Below the pieces are notes generated by a model. The model worked only from the letters and a program-made list of their open reading frames with translations. It did no database searches and was not told the DNA's origin. A stretch of DNA of 64,000 bases, taken from NCBI GenBank assembly GCA_031459535.1, contig JAVKIJ010000005.1, positions 1 through 64,000 on the forward strand, read 5' to 3'. The translations under genes were made by a program, and so were the position numbers. Below, one piece after another: positions 52,448-62,525 of the stretch. Each line of letters begins with the position of its first letter. Within the stretch, counting starts at the first letter, position 1. The DNA is from Candidatus Fervidifonticultor quintus. Lineage in GTDB: Bacteria > Sysuimicrobiota > Sysuimicrobiia > Sysuimicrobiales > Humicultoraceae.

Positions 52448-53560
52448 ATGGACGAAGGCCACCTCATCGCCCACGCCCGGGCCCGCCTCATCGAGCGGCC
52501 GGCGTCCAGTCGTTTGACGACCTCCTACGGCGAGGCGCCGGCGGTGCGGCCGCACGTCATCGTGGAGATCGTCACCGCCGGCGGACTGCGGGGGTTGGGG
52601 GAAGCGGCTCCTCTACCGGAATTTACCGGCGAGACGGCCGGCAGCGTGCTGTTCGCGCTGAACCAGACGTACCTGGCACCCCTGGTGGGGCGCGACCCCA
52701 CGCCTATCGGGGCCATCATGGCTGACCTGGATCGCACCCTGCCGGGCAACCCCTCGGCGAAGGCCGCGGTGGACATGGCACTACACGACCTGGTCGGAAA
52801 GCTGCTGGGGGTGCCCGTGGCCACATTGCTGGGCGGCGCGCGCCGGCCGTCCGTGCGACTGGCGCGCGCTGTAGGCATCGGCACCGTGGCTGAAACCGTG
52901 GCCGCAGCCGAACGGTACGCCGCGGCCGGCTTCGGCACCATCAAGATGAAGGTCGGGCAGGATCCCCGCGCCGACGTGGAGCGGGTGCGGGCCGTCCGGG
53001 CCGCAATCGGCCCGGACGTGCGGATCCGGATTGACGGCAACCAGGGCTACGATCCGGCCACAGCCGTCGCCGTGCTCCGGAAGCTCGAATCGTGCGACCT
53101 CGAGTACATCGAGCAGCCCGTCCCGGCGTGGGATCACGCTGGCATGGCATTTGTGCGGCGCGCCACCGGCGCGCGGGTGCTGGCCGATGAGGCCCTCCAC
53201 TCCCCCCAGGACGCGCTCAACCTGATCCGGGCCGAAGCGGCCGACCTCTTCGCCATCAAGTTCGTGAAGACGGCAGGCCTGACCCGCGCGCGGGAGATCG
53301 CGGCCATGGCGGATGCAGCCGGCATCGCCTGCGTGGTCATCAGCCCGTTCGAAACCCAGATCGGCGCCGCCGCCGGCCTGCACATGGCACTGGCGCTGCC
53401 CGCCGGCCGTCATGCGCACGAGCTGACCGTTTTCGCCACCCAGCCCGAGCTCGCCCGCACCGGCATCCGCCTGGAACGCGACACGTTGATCCCGGCGCCG
53501 CAGCCGGGGCTGGGGGTGGAGAGTATCGCGGAGATCGAGCCCGCGGAGGCGGCCCGGTGA
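52448..53560 (+). CDS. Enolase-superfamily enzyme (MLE / dipeptide epimerase subgroup)
   Basis: KMK, DGNQ, EQP, ADE and second Lys in AIKFVK. Confidence 0.9.
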   Translation: MDEGHLIAHARARLIERPASSRLTTSYGEAPAVRPHVIVEIVTAGGLRGLGEAAPLPEFTGETAGSVLFALNQTYLAPLVGRDPTPIGAIMADLDRTLPGNPSAKAAVDMALHDLVGKLLGVPVATLLGGARRPSVRLARAVGIGTVAETVAAAERYAAAGFGTIKMKVGQDPRADVERVRAVRAAIGPDVRIRIDGNQGYDPATAVAVLRKLESCDLEYIEQPVPAWDHAGMAFVRRATGARVLADEALHSPQDALNLIRAEAADLFAIKFVKTAGLTRAREIAAMADAAGIACVVISPFETQIGAAAGLHMALALPAGRHAHELTVFATQPELARTGIRLERDTLIPAPQPGLGVESIAEIEPAEAAR

Positions 53561-54504
53561 GCCGGTATCTGCTGGTGCGGGTGTTACAGGGCGCAGCGCT
53601 GTTGTTCATCGTGAGCGCGGTGATCTTCCTGATCGTGCACAGCGCGCCCGGCGGGCCGGCCATCCTGAACAACCCGGACGTGGACCCGCAAACCGCCCAG
53701 GCCATTGCCCGCGACCTGGGGCTCACCGATCCGGTGCCGGTGCAGTACGCGCGGTGGGTGGGGCGGGCCATCCGGGGCAACCTCGGCCGCTCGTATCAGC
53801 ACCAGATCCCGGTGGTCCAGCTCATTGCCAACCGCATTCCCAATACGCTGATCCTGGCGGGGACGGCCCTGGCCCTGGCGGTGCTGGCAGCAATCCCCCT
53901 GGGCGTCATCTCCGCCGTGCGGCGGTACTCGGCAGTGGACTACGCGGCCACCGTGGGCGCGTTCTTCGGCGTGTCCATCCCGACGTTCTGGCTCGGCATC
54001 ATGTTCATCGTGCTCTTCTCGGTCACGCTGGGCTGGCTGCCGTCGGCGGGGATGCGGACGGCCGGCGTGGCGGCCGGGGCAGGGGATCTGCTGCGTCACC
54101 TGATCATGCCCGCCGTGGTCCTCTCCACGTTCCCCCTGGCCCAGTTGATGCGCTACGCGCGGTCCAGCATGGTCGAGGTGCTCAGCCAGGACTACGTCCG
54201 GACGGCGCAGGCCAAGGGTCTGGCCCCCGGGCGGGTGCTGGGCGTGCACGCGCTGCGCAACGCGTTGATCCCGGTGGTGACCGTCCTGGGCGTGATCATC
54301 CCGCGCCTGCTCTCGGGGGCGGTCATCACCGAGACGATCTTCGCTTGGCCCGGCCTGGGCCGGCTGGCGGTGGACGCGGCGGTCACGCGCGACTATCCAG
54401 TCATCATGGGGCTGACCATGACCACGGCCGTGCTGGTCATCGCCTGCAACCTGCTGACCGACGTGGCGTACGTGAGCCTCGATCCCAGGATCTCGCTGAG
54501 GTAG
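53557..54504 (+). CDS. Opp/Dpp ABC permease (OppB-like)
   Basis: QDYVRTAQAKGL, HALRNA, ETIFAWPGLG, RDYP. Confidence 0.95.
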   Translation: MSRYLLVRVLQGAALLFIVSAVIFLIVHSAPGGPAILNNPDVDPQTAQAIARDLGLTDPVPVQYARWVGRAIRGNLGRSYQHQIPVVQLIANRIPNTLILAGTALALAVLAAIPLGVISAVRRYSAVDYAATVGAFFGVSIPTFWLGIMFIVLFSVTLGWLPSAGMRTAGVAAGAGDLLRHLIMPAVVLSTFPLAQLMRYARSSMVEVLSQDYVRTAQAKGLAPGRVLGVHALRNALIPVVTVLGVIIPRLLSGAVITETIFAWPGLGRLAVDAAVTRDYPVIMGLTMTTAVLVIACNLLTDVAYVSLDPRISLR

Positions 54505-54507
54505 CCG

Positions 54508-55413
54508 ATGGCCCAGGACGCGGTCTCGCCTGCCCTCCCGCCGCTGGCGGCGCCACGCGGCCGCGGTGGCCTGGCTGTCTTCTGGACCCGCTTCCGGCGC
54601 AACCGGCTGGCGGTGGTGGCCCTGGGCTTTCTCGTGGCCATCCACCTCGTGGCGCTCGCCGCCGACGCCCTGGCCCCGCACGATCCGGCGGCGCTGGATC
54701 TGCTCAACCAGTTCGCCGATTTCTCCCGTGAGCATCCTCTGGGGACCGACGAGGCCGGTCGCGACGTGCTCTCCCGGTTGATCGTCGGATCGCGGGTCTC
54801 GCTGGCAGTAGGGCTGCTGGCCATGCTGGTCTCGGTCGGCGTCGGCAGCGTGATCGGTGCGCTGGCGGGGTTCTACGGCCGCCTGACCGACGGGGTCTTG
54901 ATGCGGGTCACCGACGGGATGTTGACCATCCCCACGTTCTTCCTGGCCCTGCTCGTCCTGGCGGCGTTCGGCTCGAGCCTGACCAACCTGATCCTGGTCA
55001 TCGGGCTCACGGGCTGGATGGTCGTGGCGCGCGTGGTACGGGCCGAAGTGTTGCGCACACTCCCGCAGGAGTTCGTGCTGGCGGCCCGGGCGGTGGGCTC
55101 CTCAGATGGCCGCCTGCTGGTCCGGCACGTGGTGCCCCAGGCCTGGGCGTCGGTTATTGTGGCGGCCACCCTGGGCGTGGCCCATGCGATCCTGGTGGAG
55201 TCGTCGCTCTCCTACCTGGGGCTCGGGGTCCAGCCCCCGACGCCGACCTGGGGCAACATGCTCTCGGGCGCGCAGCAGTATGTGTGGACGAAACCTCACC
55301 TGGCCATCTATCCTGGGTTGCTGATCATGCTGTGCGTGCTCGGCTACAATGTCGTGGGCGATGCCCTGCGGGATGCGCTTGACCCGAGGGCCAGCCGTGC
55401 CCGAATCGCGTAG
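54508..55413 (+). CDS. Opp/Dpp ABC permease (OppC-like)
   Basis: HPLGTDEAGRD, FVLAARAVG, LSYLGLG, GDALRDALDP. Confidence 0.95.
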   Translation: MAQDAVSPALPPLAAPRGRGGLAVFWTRFRRNRLAVVALGFLVAIHLVALAADALAPHDPAALDLLNQFADFSREHPLGTDEAGRDVLSRLIVGSRVSLAVGLLAMLVSVGVGSVIGALAGFYGRLTDGVLMRVTDGMLTIPTFFLALLVLAAFGSSLTNLILVIGLTGWMVVARVVRAEVLRTLPQEFVLAARAVGSSDGRLLVRHVVPQAWASVIVAATLGVAHAILVESSLSYLGLGVQPPTPTWGNMLSGAQQYVWTKPHLAIYPGLLIMLCVLGYNVVGDALRDALDPRASRARIA

Positions 55414-55450
55414 GAGGCGCCTAGTGGCCAACCGTAAAGGGGGTGTGGAG

Positions 55451-57019
55451 ATGAGTCGAGCTCTGGTCTTCGTGCTGGTCGCCGTCCTGGCGGCCGCGGC
55501 GGTACCTGCCGGTGTACGCGCCGGCCCGGCGAGTGGGAACGTCCTGCGCCTGTCCATCAACGGGGATGTGACGATCAATCCCCTGACGTTCCCGCAGCAG
55601 TTGCCGACGACCCAGGTCATCAAGGTGCTGTTCAACACCCTGACCAAGTACAACCCCGGTGACCTCAAGGTGGTGCCCGACCTGGCCACGCTGTGGACGC
55701 CGGCGGAGTCGGGCCGCATCTGGATCTTCAAGTTGCGCCGGGGCGTCAGCTGGCACGACGGCCGGCCGTTCACCGCCGCCGACGTGAAGTTCACGTTCGA
55801 CGCCATCGTAGACCCCCGCACCCGCGCGCTGTACCGCACCACGTTCACCGGCCTGCAGTCGGTCCAGGTCGTCGACGACTACACGGTCCGATTCGAGTTC
55901 GACCGCCCCTACCCGTCGCTGCCCATCGTGGTCGGTTTCAACATTCCCATCGTCCCCCGGCACCTGCTGGAGGGCAAGAACCTGGCCGAGATGCCCGAGT
56001 TCATCCGCAATCCCGTCGGCACCGGCCCCTTCAAGTGGAAGGAGTACGTGGAGGGTTCGCACCTGACCCTGGAGGCCAACCCCAGCTACTACGCGGGCAG
56101 GCCGCCGCTCGACGCCGTGGTCATCAAGATCATCCCGGACATCAACACGGTGGTGGCGCAGCTGCGGACGGGTGAGCTCGACGTGGGTATCATCGAGCCG
56201 GTCCACCTGGACAGCCTGCGCGGCCAGGGCCACCTGCGGTTCCAGACTACCGAGCTACCCAGCGCCTTCTACATCGCGCTCAACGCCACGCGCTGGCCAT
56301 TTGGCGACAGGCGGGTGCGCCAGGCGCTCATGTACGGGCTCAACCGCCAGCAGATCGTCGAGCGCATCTTGAAGGGCACGGCCAACCTGGCGACCGGCCC
56401 GTACGCCCGGGCGTTCGGGAAGTACTACAATCCCAACCTCAAGCCGTATCCCTACGACGTCAACAGGGCCAAGGCGCTGCTGGCCGAGGCCGGGTTCCGG
56501 CCCGGGACCGGCGGCCTCCTCGAGAAGGACGGCCGCCCCTTCTCGTTTGAGCTGATGGTGGACAAGGGGAACCCGACGAGGGAACAGATCGCGCTGGTGG
56601 CCCAGCAGCAGTGGCGGCAGCTCGGCGCCGAGGTGAAGCTCAACGTGGTCGAGTGGTCGGTCTACATCCGCCGCGGCAACCAGCGACCGGGCGACTACGA
56701 GGCGCGTACCAGCTGGCGCATCACCTCGCCGGATCCGGACAAGACGCCCGAATACACCACCGGGGGCACGGTCAACCACTACATGTACTCCAACCCGGAG
56801 GTGGACCGGTTGATGGCCGAGGCCAGAGCGACATTCGACCCCACGCTACGACCCAAGCTCTACCACAAGATCCAGGAACTGATCTACGACGACGTGCCGG
56901 TCCTGTGGATCTTCTACAACTCGGAGATCCTGGCCATCAACAAGCGCGTGCAGGGGTTCCCGGTCCTCGGGCTGCGCGACGCGTTGACCTGGCTCAACGT
57001 GGTGTCCGTCGCCAAGTAG
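55451..57019 (+). CDS. Family 5 (OppA/DppA) substrate-binding protein
   Basis: Signal peptide; PDLA, WHDGRPFTAADVKFT, PVGTGPF, YSNPEVD. Confidence 0.94.
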   Translation: MSRALVFVLVAVLAAAAVPAGVRAGPASGNVLRLSINGDVTINPLTFPQQLPTTQVIKVLFNTLTKYNPGDLKVVPDLATLWTPAESGRIWIFKLRRGVSWHDGRPFTAADVKFTFDAIVDPRTRALYRTTFTGLQSVQVVDDYTVRFEFDRPYPSLPIVVGFNIPIVPRHLLEGKNLAEMPEFIRNPVGTGPFKWKEYVEGSHLTLEANPSYYAGRPPLDAVVIKIIPDINTVVAQLRTGELDVGIIEPVHLDSLRGQGHLRFQTTELPSAFYIALNATRWPFGDRRVRQALMYGLNRQQIVERILKGTANLATGPYARAFGKYYNPNLKPYPYDVNRAKALLAEAGFRPGTGGLLEKDGRPFSFELMVDKGNPTREQIALVAQQQWRQLGAEVKLNVVEWSVYIRRGNQRPGDYEARTSWRITSPDPDKTPEYTTGGTVNHYMYSNPEVDRLMAEARATFDPTLRPKLYHKIQELIYDDVPVLWIFYNSEILAINKRVQGFPVLGLRDALTWLNVVSVAK

Positions 57020-57059
57020 GAGGCACCAGGGCAGCAGGACTTCTCAAGGTGGCGGGCGA

Positions 57060-57839
57060 ATGGCGTCCAAAATGGTCAGATCATTAGACCAATCTCCCAT
57101 CACCCGAGCCGTTGCGCAGGACCCCGTGCGTCGCACCCGGGTCTACGAAGAGGTGGCCCAGCGCATCCGGGAGCTGATCATCTCCCGGGCGTTGAAGCCG
57201 GGGGACCGACTGCCTGCCGAGCGCGACCTGGCCGTGGCACTGGGCGTGAGCCGGGCGTCGGTCCGCGACGCGATTCGCACCCTGGAGGCCGCCGGACTGG
57301 TCGAGCCGCGGCAGGGGGACGGCACCTTAGTGCAGCAGCCCTCCACCGACAGCCTGATGGCCCCGCTGGCCACGGCGCTGCTGGTACGCAGCGATCTGCT
57401 CGCCGACCTGCTCGCGGTGCGCAAGATGATCGAACCGCCCATCGCCCGCAAGGCGGCGGTGCACGCGACTCCTGACGAGGTCCGGCAGATGGACGCCATT
57501 CTGGCCCGCCAGGCCGCGCGGGTCGAGGCCGGCGAACTCGCCGTCGAAGAGGACACCGCCTTCCACGACGCCATCGCACGGGCCTCCCGCAACCAGGTGG
57601 TCCTGAAGGTCGCCGGGGTGCTGATGGACCTGATGCGTGAGAGCCGGCGGCGCGCCCTGCAGATCAGAGGACGGCCGCAGCGGTCGCTGCGCGGACACCG
57701 CCGGATCCTCGAGGCGATCCGCCGGCGTGACGGGGAGGCCGCCTACCGCGCCATGCTAGATCATCTGGACCAGATCGAGGAGATGGTGCTGTCAGAGCGG
57801 CGAGGGCCGCCGGTCGCCGCCGCAGCCAGGGGGGAGTAG
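57060..57839 (+). CDS. FadR-subfamily GntR regulator
   Basis: LKPGDRLPAERDLAVALGVSRASVRDA; DTAFHDAIA; HRRIL; clear paralog of 5512-6270. The true start may be downstream. Confidence 0.92.
   Translation: MASKMVRSLDQSPITRAVAQDPVRRTRVYEEVAQRIRELIISRALKPGDRLPAERDLAVALGVSRASVRDAIRTLEAAGLVEPRQGDGTLVQQPSTDSLMAPLATALLVRSDLLADLLAVRKMIEPPIARKAAVHATPDEVRQMDAILARQAARVEAGELAVEEDTAFHDAIARASRNQVVLKVAGVLMDLMRESRRRALQIRGRPQRSLRGHRRILEAIRRRDGEAAYRAMLDHLDQIEEMVLSERRGPPVAAAARGE
57073..57092. promoter_or_regulatory. Putative FadR operator TGGTC-N9-GACCA
   Basis: tggtcagatcattagaccaa; 16 of 20 positions match the site at 6273-6292. Confidence 0.65.
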
Positions 57840-57842
57840 CCC

Positions 57843-59072
57843 ATGCAGCGCAGCTACGCCGTGGAGATCGTCTACCGCGGCATCTTTCAGAAGACGCTGG
57901 CCAAGCACATCAGTCGGGGACTGGTCCTGGCCGCGGCCAAGGAAGGCAAGACAGGCATCTCGTTCGGCCGCTACGGCGACTCCCCCGAGCGAAACGGCAT
58001 TCCGGCCAAGAACTTCGCCATCGTGGCCCCTGATGAGGACACGCTGGAGGAGAGCATGGCCCAATACGAACCCAAGAGCGTGGACGTCACCATCGTGACA
58101 GACGACACGCTGTGCAAGGGGGTAGAGTCCTGGGCCTGGTACGGCCTCCAACCCATCAACCGGCTGCTCCGTCCGGGCGGGCATCTGATCGTGACCTCCA
58201 TGCTCGGCTTCGACGACCTGCTGAAGATGACCCACGCCAGGTCCACCCCCTACCACCTGGCGATCCTCCGGGCCATCCCCAGTTTCAGCGGTCTGTGGGT
58301 CTACAAGGACGACCACACCGACGTCCGGCTGCTGGGGGCGATTGCCCGACTCGTCCCCGATATGGTCAGCCTGAGGGCCATCGAGCAGGCTATCCTGCAG
58401 GAGTGGAACGACGAGCTCAAGATGCTCTCGGCCCGCAAGGCCCACGAACGGCTCGAGGTCATTGACGTCCCTCCCGGCGTGGGCGTCACCGACGTGCCCT
58501 ACGCGTTCACGCTCCCCGGCTGGAAGGAGATGCGGGATGGCGTCACCATCGAAAACACCGGCCTGGGAGGTGGGTTTGCCGACCCGACGACCGGCGTAGC
58601 CGGCGGCTACCGGCCGGCCCGCAACCCGTACTTCAAGAAGTTCAGCACGCGGACCATGCGGCCGGTGGTGAATTTCGACACATGCATTAAGTGCACGCTG
58701 TGCTGGCTCCAGTGCCCGGACTCGTGCTTCGATGTAACACCCGACGGCTATTACGACGCCAGCATGGAGGCCTGCTGCGGATGCGGTGTGTGCGAGGCGG
58801 TCTGCCCCATTGATGGCTGCATCACCATGGTCAATGAATCGGCGTTCGCCGACAACGCCAGTCAGTGGGAAATGTGGAAGGCCGACAAGACCGGATACCA
58901 GGCCTGGGTGGCCCAGAAGATCCAGCACCGGCCCGATCGCTCCCACGGGTTCCGCTATCGTGGCCAGTACGCGGAGCAGGTTAAGGCCATGGCGGCCGTG
59001 GGCATGGCGAAGGGCGGCGAGGAAAAGGTCGGCGGCGAGGACACCACCGAGGCCAGCGCGGGAGGAGCCTAG
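57843..59072 (+). CDS. 2-oxoacid:ferredoxin oxidoreductase gamma/delta fusion subunit (OOR-related)
   Basis: VEIVYRG, YGDSPERNGIP; CIKCTLCWLQCPD, CCGCGVCEAVCP. Confidence 0.9.
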   Translation: MQRSYAVEIVYRGIFQKTLAKHISRGLVLAAAKEGKTGISFGRYGDSPERNGIPAKNFAIVAPDEDTLEESMAQYEPKSVDVTIVTDDTLCKGVESWAWYGLQPINRLLRPGGHLIVTSMLGFDDLLKMTHARSTPYHLAILRAIPSFSGLWVYKDDHTDVRLLGAIARLVPDMVSLRAIEQAILQEWNDELKMLSARKAHERLEVIDVPPGVGVTDVPYAFTLPGWKEMRDGVTIENTGLGGGFADPTTGVAGGYRPARNPYFKKFSTRTMRPVVNFDTCIKCTLCWLQCPDSCFDVTPDGYYDASMEACCGCGVCEAVCPIDGCITMVNESAFADNASQWEMWKADKTGYQAWVAQKIQHRPDRSHGFRYRGQYAEQVKAMAAVGMAKGGEEKVGGEDTTEASAGGA

Positions 59073-59073
59073 T

Positions 59074-60297
59074 ATGGCACAGGTTCGGGAACCTGCAGTC
59101 GCCCTCGGCGAGACCGAGGCGCTGATCAGCGGCAGCGAGGCGATCGCGGTGGCCTGCAAGCTGGCCGATGTGGACGTGATCACCGCGTACCCCATCCGTC
59201 CCTACGACACCGTGATGCAGTACGTGGCCAAGCTGGTCAGCAACGGGGAGCTGGACTGCGAGTACATCGTGGCCGAGAGTGAGCACTCGCAGTTCGAGAT
59301 CGTCAAGCACGCGTCTGCGGTGGGCGCCCGGGTGTTCGTGGGCTCCAGCGGTGTGGGGTGGATGTACGCCTTCGAGGCGCTCACCGTCACCCCGGCGCTA
59401 CGGATTCCCATGGTGGCCATGGTCGGCAACCGGGCCCTGGATGATCCGGGGGCCTTTGGCGTCGAGCACAACGACGCCCTGGCCGTGCGCGACCTGGGGT
59501 GGATGCTCGTCTGGGTGGACACCGCCCAGGAGGCCCTGGACACCGCCCTGCTGGCCTGGCGCATCGCGGAAGACCGCCGGGTCTTCCTGCCCTGTGCCAT
59601 CGGCTGCGATGGAGCCTTTCTCACTCACTCCCAGTCCCTGGTAAAGATCCCGCCCCAGGAGTGGGTGAACGAGTTCCTGCCCCGCTACCATCGGGCGGAG
59701 CTGACCCTCCATCCCGACAATCCCATCACCGTGGCGCCCCAGGCCAACGAGGACTGGGTCATGGAGATCCGCAAGCAGAACGACGCGGCGATGCGCGGAG
59801 CGGCGGTGGTCATCGCCGAAGCCTACGCCGACTTCGAGCGGATCTTCGGCCGCCGGTACGGCAACCCGTTCTTCGAGGAGTACGACACCGAGGATGCCGA
59901 CGTGGTCCTGGTCGGGATGGGCACCCTGTCCATGCCCGTGAAGGTCGCCATCCGCAAGATGCGCGCCGAGGGCAAGAAGGTCGGGTTCGTCCGCCTGCGC
60001 TGGTTCCGGCCGTTTCCGACCGAGGCGCTGCAGGCGGCGCTGGGCAGGTTCGCAGCGGTGGGTGTCATCGACCGCGATTACTCGTTCGGGTCGCCGTACT
60101 TCAACGGCGTGCTGGCCAACGAGGTGCGCACGGCCCTCTACGGCGCGCCGCAACGCCCGCCGGTGGTCGGGTTCATCTGCGGCCTGGGCGGCCGCGAGGT
60201 CACCGTGCCCAACGTGCGGGAGATCACCGACATCGTCCTGCGCGCGGCCGAGGGCGAGCGGTTGACCGACACCTACTGGATCGGGCTGCGCGAGTAA
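59074..60297 (+). CDS. 2-oxoacid:ferredoxin oxidoreductase alpha subunit (YPIRP type)
   Basis: AYPIRPYD, ESEHS, NRALDDPGAFG, FRPFP, GLGGRE. Confidence 0.92.
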   Translation: MAQVREPAVALGETEALISGSEAIAVACKLADVDVITAYPIRPYDTVMQYVAKLVSNGELDCEYIVAESEHSQFEIVKHASAVGARVFVGSSGVGWMYAFEALTVTPALRIPMVAMVGNRALDDPGAFGVEHNDALAVRDLGWMLVWVDTAQEALDTALLAWRIAEDRRVFLPCAIGCDGAFLTHSQSLVKIPPQEWVNEFLPRYHRAELTLHPDNPITVAPQANEDWVMEIRKQNDAAMRGAAVVIAEAYADFERIFGRRYGNPFFEEYDTEDADVVLVGMGTLSMPVKVAIRKMRAEGKKVGFVRLRWFRPFPTEALQAALGRFAAVGVIDRDYSFGSPYFNGVLANEVRTALYGAPQRPPVVGFICGLGGREVTVPNVREITDIVLRAAEGERLTDTYWIGLRE

Positions 60298-60313
60298 GCT
60301 GGGGGGAAGCCTC

Positions 60314-61339
60314 ATGGATGACACAGTGGAGACCTATCCGGTGCCCGTCCTCGAACCCTTCCGGGGGGTCAAGAAAGTTCCGCTGGAGGAGTACTTCACC
60401 TCCGGTCACCGCACGTGCCAGGGCTGCGAGTCCGCGCTGGTCATGAAACTCATGGTCAAGGCTGCGGGCCCCCGGACCATCGTCCTGGGCAGCACGGGGT
60501 GCATGTACGTGGCCAACACCACGTACTACAGCACCTCTTGGGTAGTGCCCTGGATGCACACACAGCTCGGCAGCAGCGGCTCGGCGGCCCTGGGGACGGC
60601 CGCCGGGCTTCGGGCGCTGATGCGCAAGGGCAGGATCGCCTCGGAGCCGATTAACGTCATCGCGTTCTGCGGTGATGGCGGCGGCGCTGATATGGGTCTC
60701 TCGGCCATCTCAGCGGCGCTGACGCACACCGACTACAACCTCCTGATCCTGCTCTACGACAACGAGTCCTATGCCAACACCGACATCCAGCTCTCCGGCG
60801 TGACCCCATGGGGCGCCCACACCACCTTCAGCCCGCCAGGCAAGATGAAGCGCATCCTGCACAGGCGGTGGAAGAAGAACGTGGCCGGCATGCTGGCTGC
60901 CGGGCACCCGGAGTGCCGGTACATCGCCACCGTGTGCGCGTCATATGCCGTGGAGATGATGAACCGGGTGCGCAAGGCCCTGTCCATCGGGGGCCCGACG
61001 TTCATCCACTCGCTGGACCCGTGTCCCAAGGGCTGGGACTACGACCCCATGCTCTCCCACGAACTGGGCGAGCTCGCGGTCAACTGCGGCATCTGGCCGC
61101 TGTACGAGGTCGAGAATCACACACTGCGGCTCTACGGCCGGTCGAAGGGCATTGCCGAGGGCCGCAGCAGGCGCCTGCCCGTGCGCGAGTACCTGCTCAA
61201 GCAGGGACGCTTCGCGCACTTCACCGACGACGACATCGACTACTTCCAGAGCAAGGTGGACGAGATGTGGGAACGGTGGCTGGTGCCAGGAGTCATCCCG
61301 TTCGCCAGCGAACTGCAGAACGACAATCCGCCGGCGTAA
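60314..61339 (+). CDS. 2-oxoacid:ferredoxin oxidoreductase beta subunit
   Basis: [21 protein letters not shown]...YDNESYANT, PCPKGW. Confidence 0.92.
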   Translation: MDDTVETYPVPVLEPFRGVKKVPLEEYFTSGHRTCQGCESALVMKLMVKAAGPRTIVLGSTGCMYVANTTYYSTSWVVPWMHTQLGSSGSAALGTAAGLRALMRKGRIASEPINVIAFCGDGGGADMGLSAISAALTHTDYNLLILLYDNESYANTDIQLSGVTPWGAHTTFSPPGKMKRILHRRWKKNVAGMLAAGHPECRYIATVCASYAVEMMNRVRKALSIGGPTFIHSLDPCPKGWDYDPMLSHELGELAVNCGIWPLYEVENHTLRLYGRSKGIAEGRSRRLPVREYLLKQGRFAHFTDDDIDYFQSKVDEMWERWLVPGVIPFASELQNDNPPA

Positions 61340-61496
61340 GGGACGGTGCCGGAATCGGCCCGGCGGTTGTGGGTGGCTTCCAATCGGCACGCGCAGGCTG
61401 GTGAGAGAGCGCTGCGGTTCCCTCCCCATGGGGGTCAGGGAGCCGCAGCGTCATTGTTGACCAGAATCATCATCATCTCCTAAGGGGGGAGGAGAT

Positions 61497-62504
61497 GTGA
61501 GATACACAGCTCACCGCGTCCTGGTCGTCTGGCTCGTCAGCACGGTGCTCATCAGCGGGTCCGCCCAGGGCGGGCCCGCGTTCGTTCCCCGCAGGCCCAT
61601 CGAGTGGACGATTCCCGCCGGCACCGGCGGAGGCGCCGACGTGCAGGCGCGGTTCATGACGCCGCTCATCGCCCAGCACAACCTGTCGCCGCAGCCGCTG
61701 ATCCCGGTGAACCGGCCGGCCGGCGCCGGCGCCCAGGCGTTCCTGTGGATGATTGACAAGACGGGCGATCCCCACACCATTCTTATCACCCTGGACAACC
61801 TCTTCGCGACGCCGCTCGCGCAGATCATCCGGAAGCGCGACGGCACCCGGTTCACCTGGCGCGACCTGACCCCGATCGCCCGGCTCCTGCTCGACCACTT
61901 CATCCTGTGGGTCCACGCGGACTCGCCGTGGAGGACGGTGGCCGACTTCCAGCGTGCGGTGCGGGCGGCGCTCCCGGCGACGATCAAGATGGCCGGCACC
62001 GGCTCCAAGCAAGAGGACGAGATCATCATGGCCATGCTGGAGCAGGCCTGGGGCGTCAAGTTCACCTACGTGCCCTTCCCCGGCGGCGGCGCCGTGGCTG
62101 CTGCCCTGGTCGGCAAACAGGTCGACTTCACGGTGAACAACCCCATCGAGGCCATCGGCCACTGGGACGCAGGCCGCGTACGGCCGCTGGCCTTCTTCGC
62201 CAGCGAGCGCGTGCCCTTCCCCAAGTGGAAGGACGTCCCCACGATGAAGGAGCTGGGCTTCCCGCTCGAGTACCAGATGCTTCGCGGCGTCTTCGGCCCT
62301 CCGGAGATGCCGTCCGAGGCTGTGGCGTTCTACCAGGGCCTCTTCCGCCGCCTGATCGATACGCCCGAGATGGCCGACTTCATCGAGCGGGGTGCCTATA
62401 CCAAGGCGTTCCTCACCGGGCCCGACTTCGTGCGCTGGCTGGAACAGAAGGACGCGGCGGTCCGCACCCTGATGGTCAAGGGCGGTATGGTTCCCAAGGA
62501 CTGA
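61497..62504 (+). CDS. tctC: Tripartite tricarboxylate transporter substrate-binding protein
   Basis: PAGTGGGAD, NRPAGAG, VPFPGGG, VPTMKELG, RGVFGP. Confidence 0.9.
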   Translation: MRYTAHRVLVVWLVSTVLISGSAQGGPAFVPRRPIEWTIPAGTGGGADVQARFMTPLIAQHNLSPQPLIPVNRPAGAGAQAFLWMIDKTGDPHTILITLDNLFATPLAQIIRKRDGTRFTWRDLTPIARLLLDHFILWVHADSPWRTVADFQRAVRAALPATIKMAGTGSKQEDEIIMAMLEQAWGVKFTYVPFPGGGAVAAALVGKQVDFTVNNPIEAIGHWDAGRVRPLAFFASERVPFPKWKDVPTMKELGFPLEYQMLRGVFGPPEMPSEAVAFYQGLFRRLIDTPEMADFIERGAYTKAFLTGPDFVRWLEQKDAAVRTLMVKGGMVPKD

Positions 62505-62525
62505 GGCTCGGCCCTGCTCGCACCG

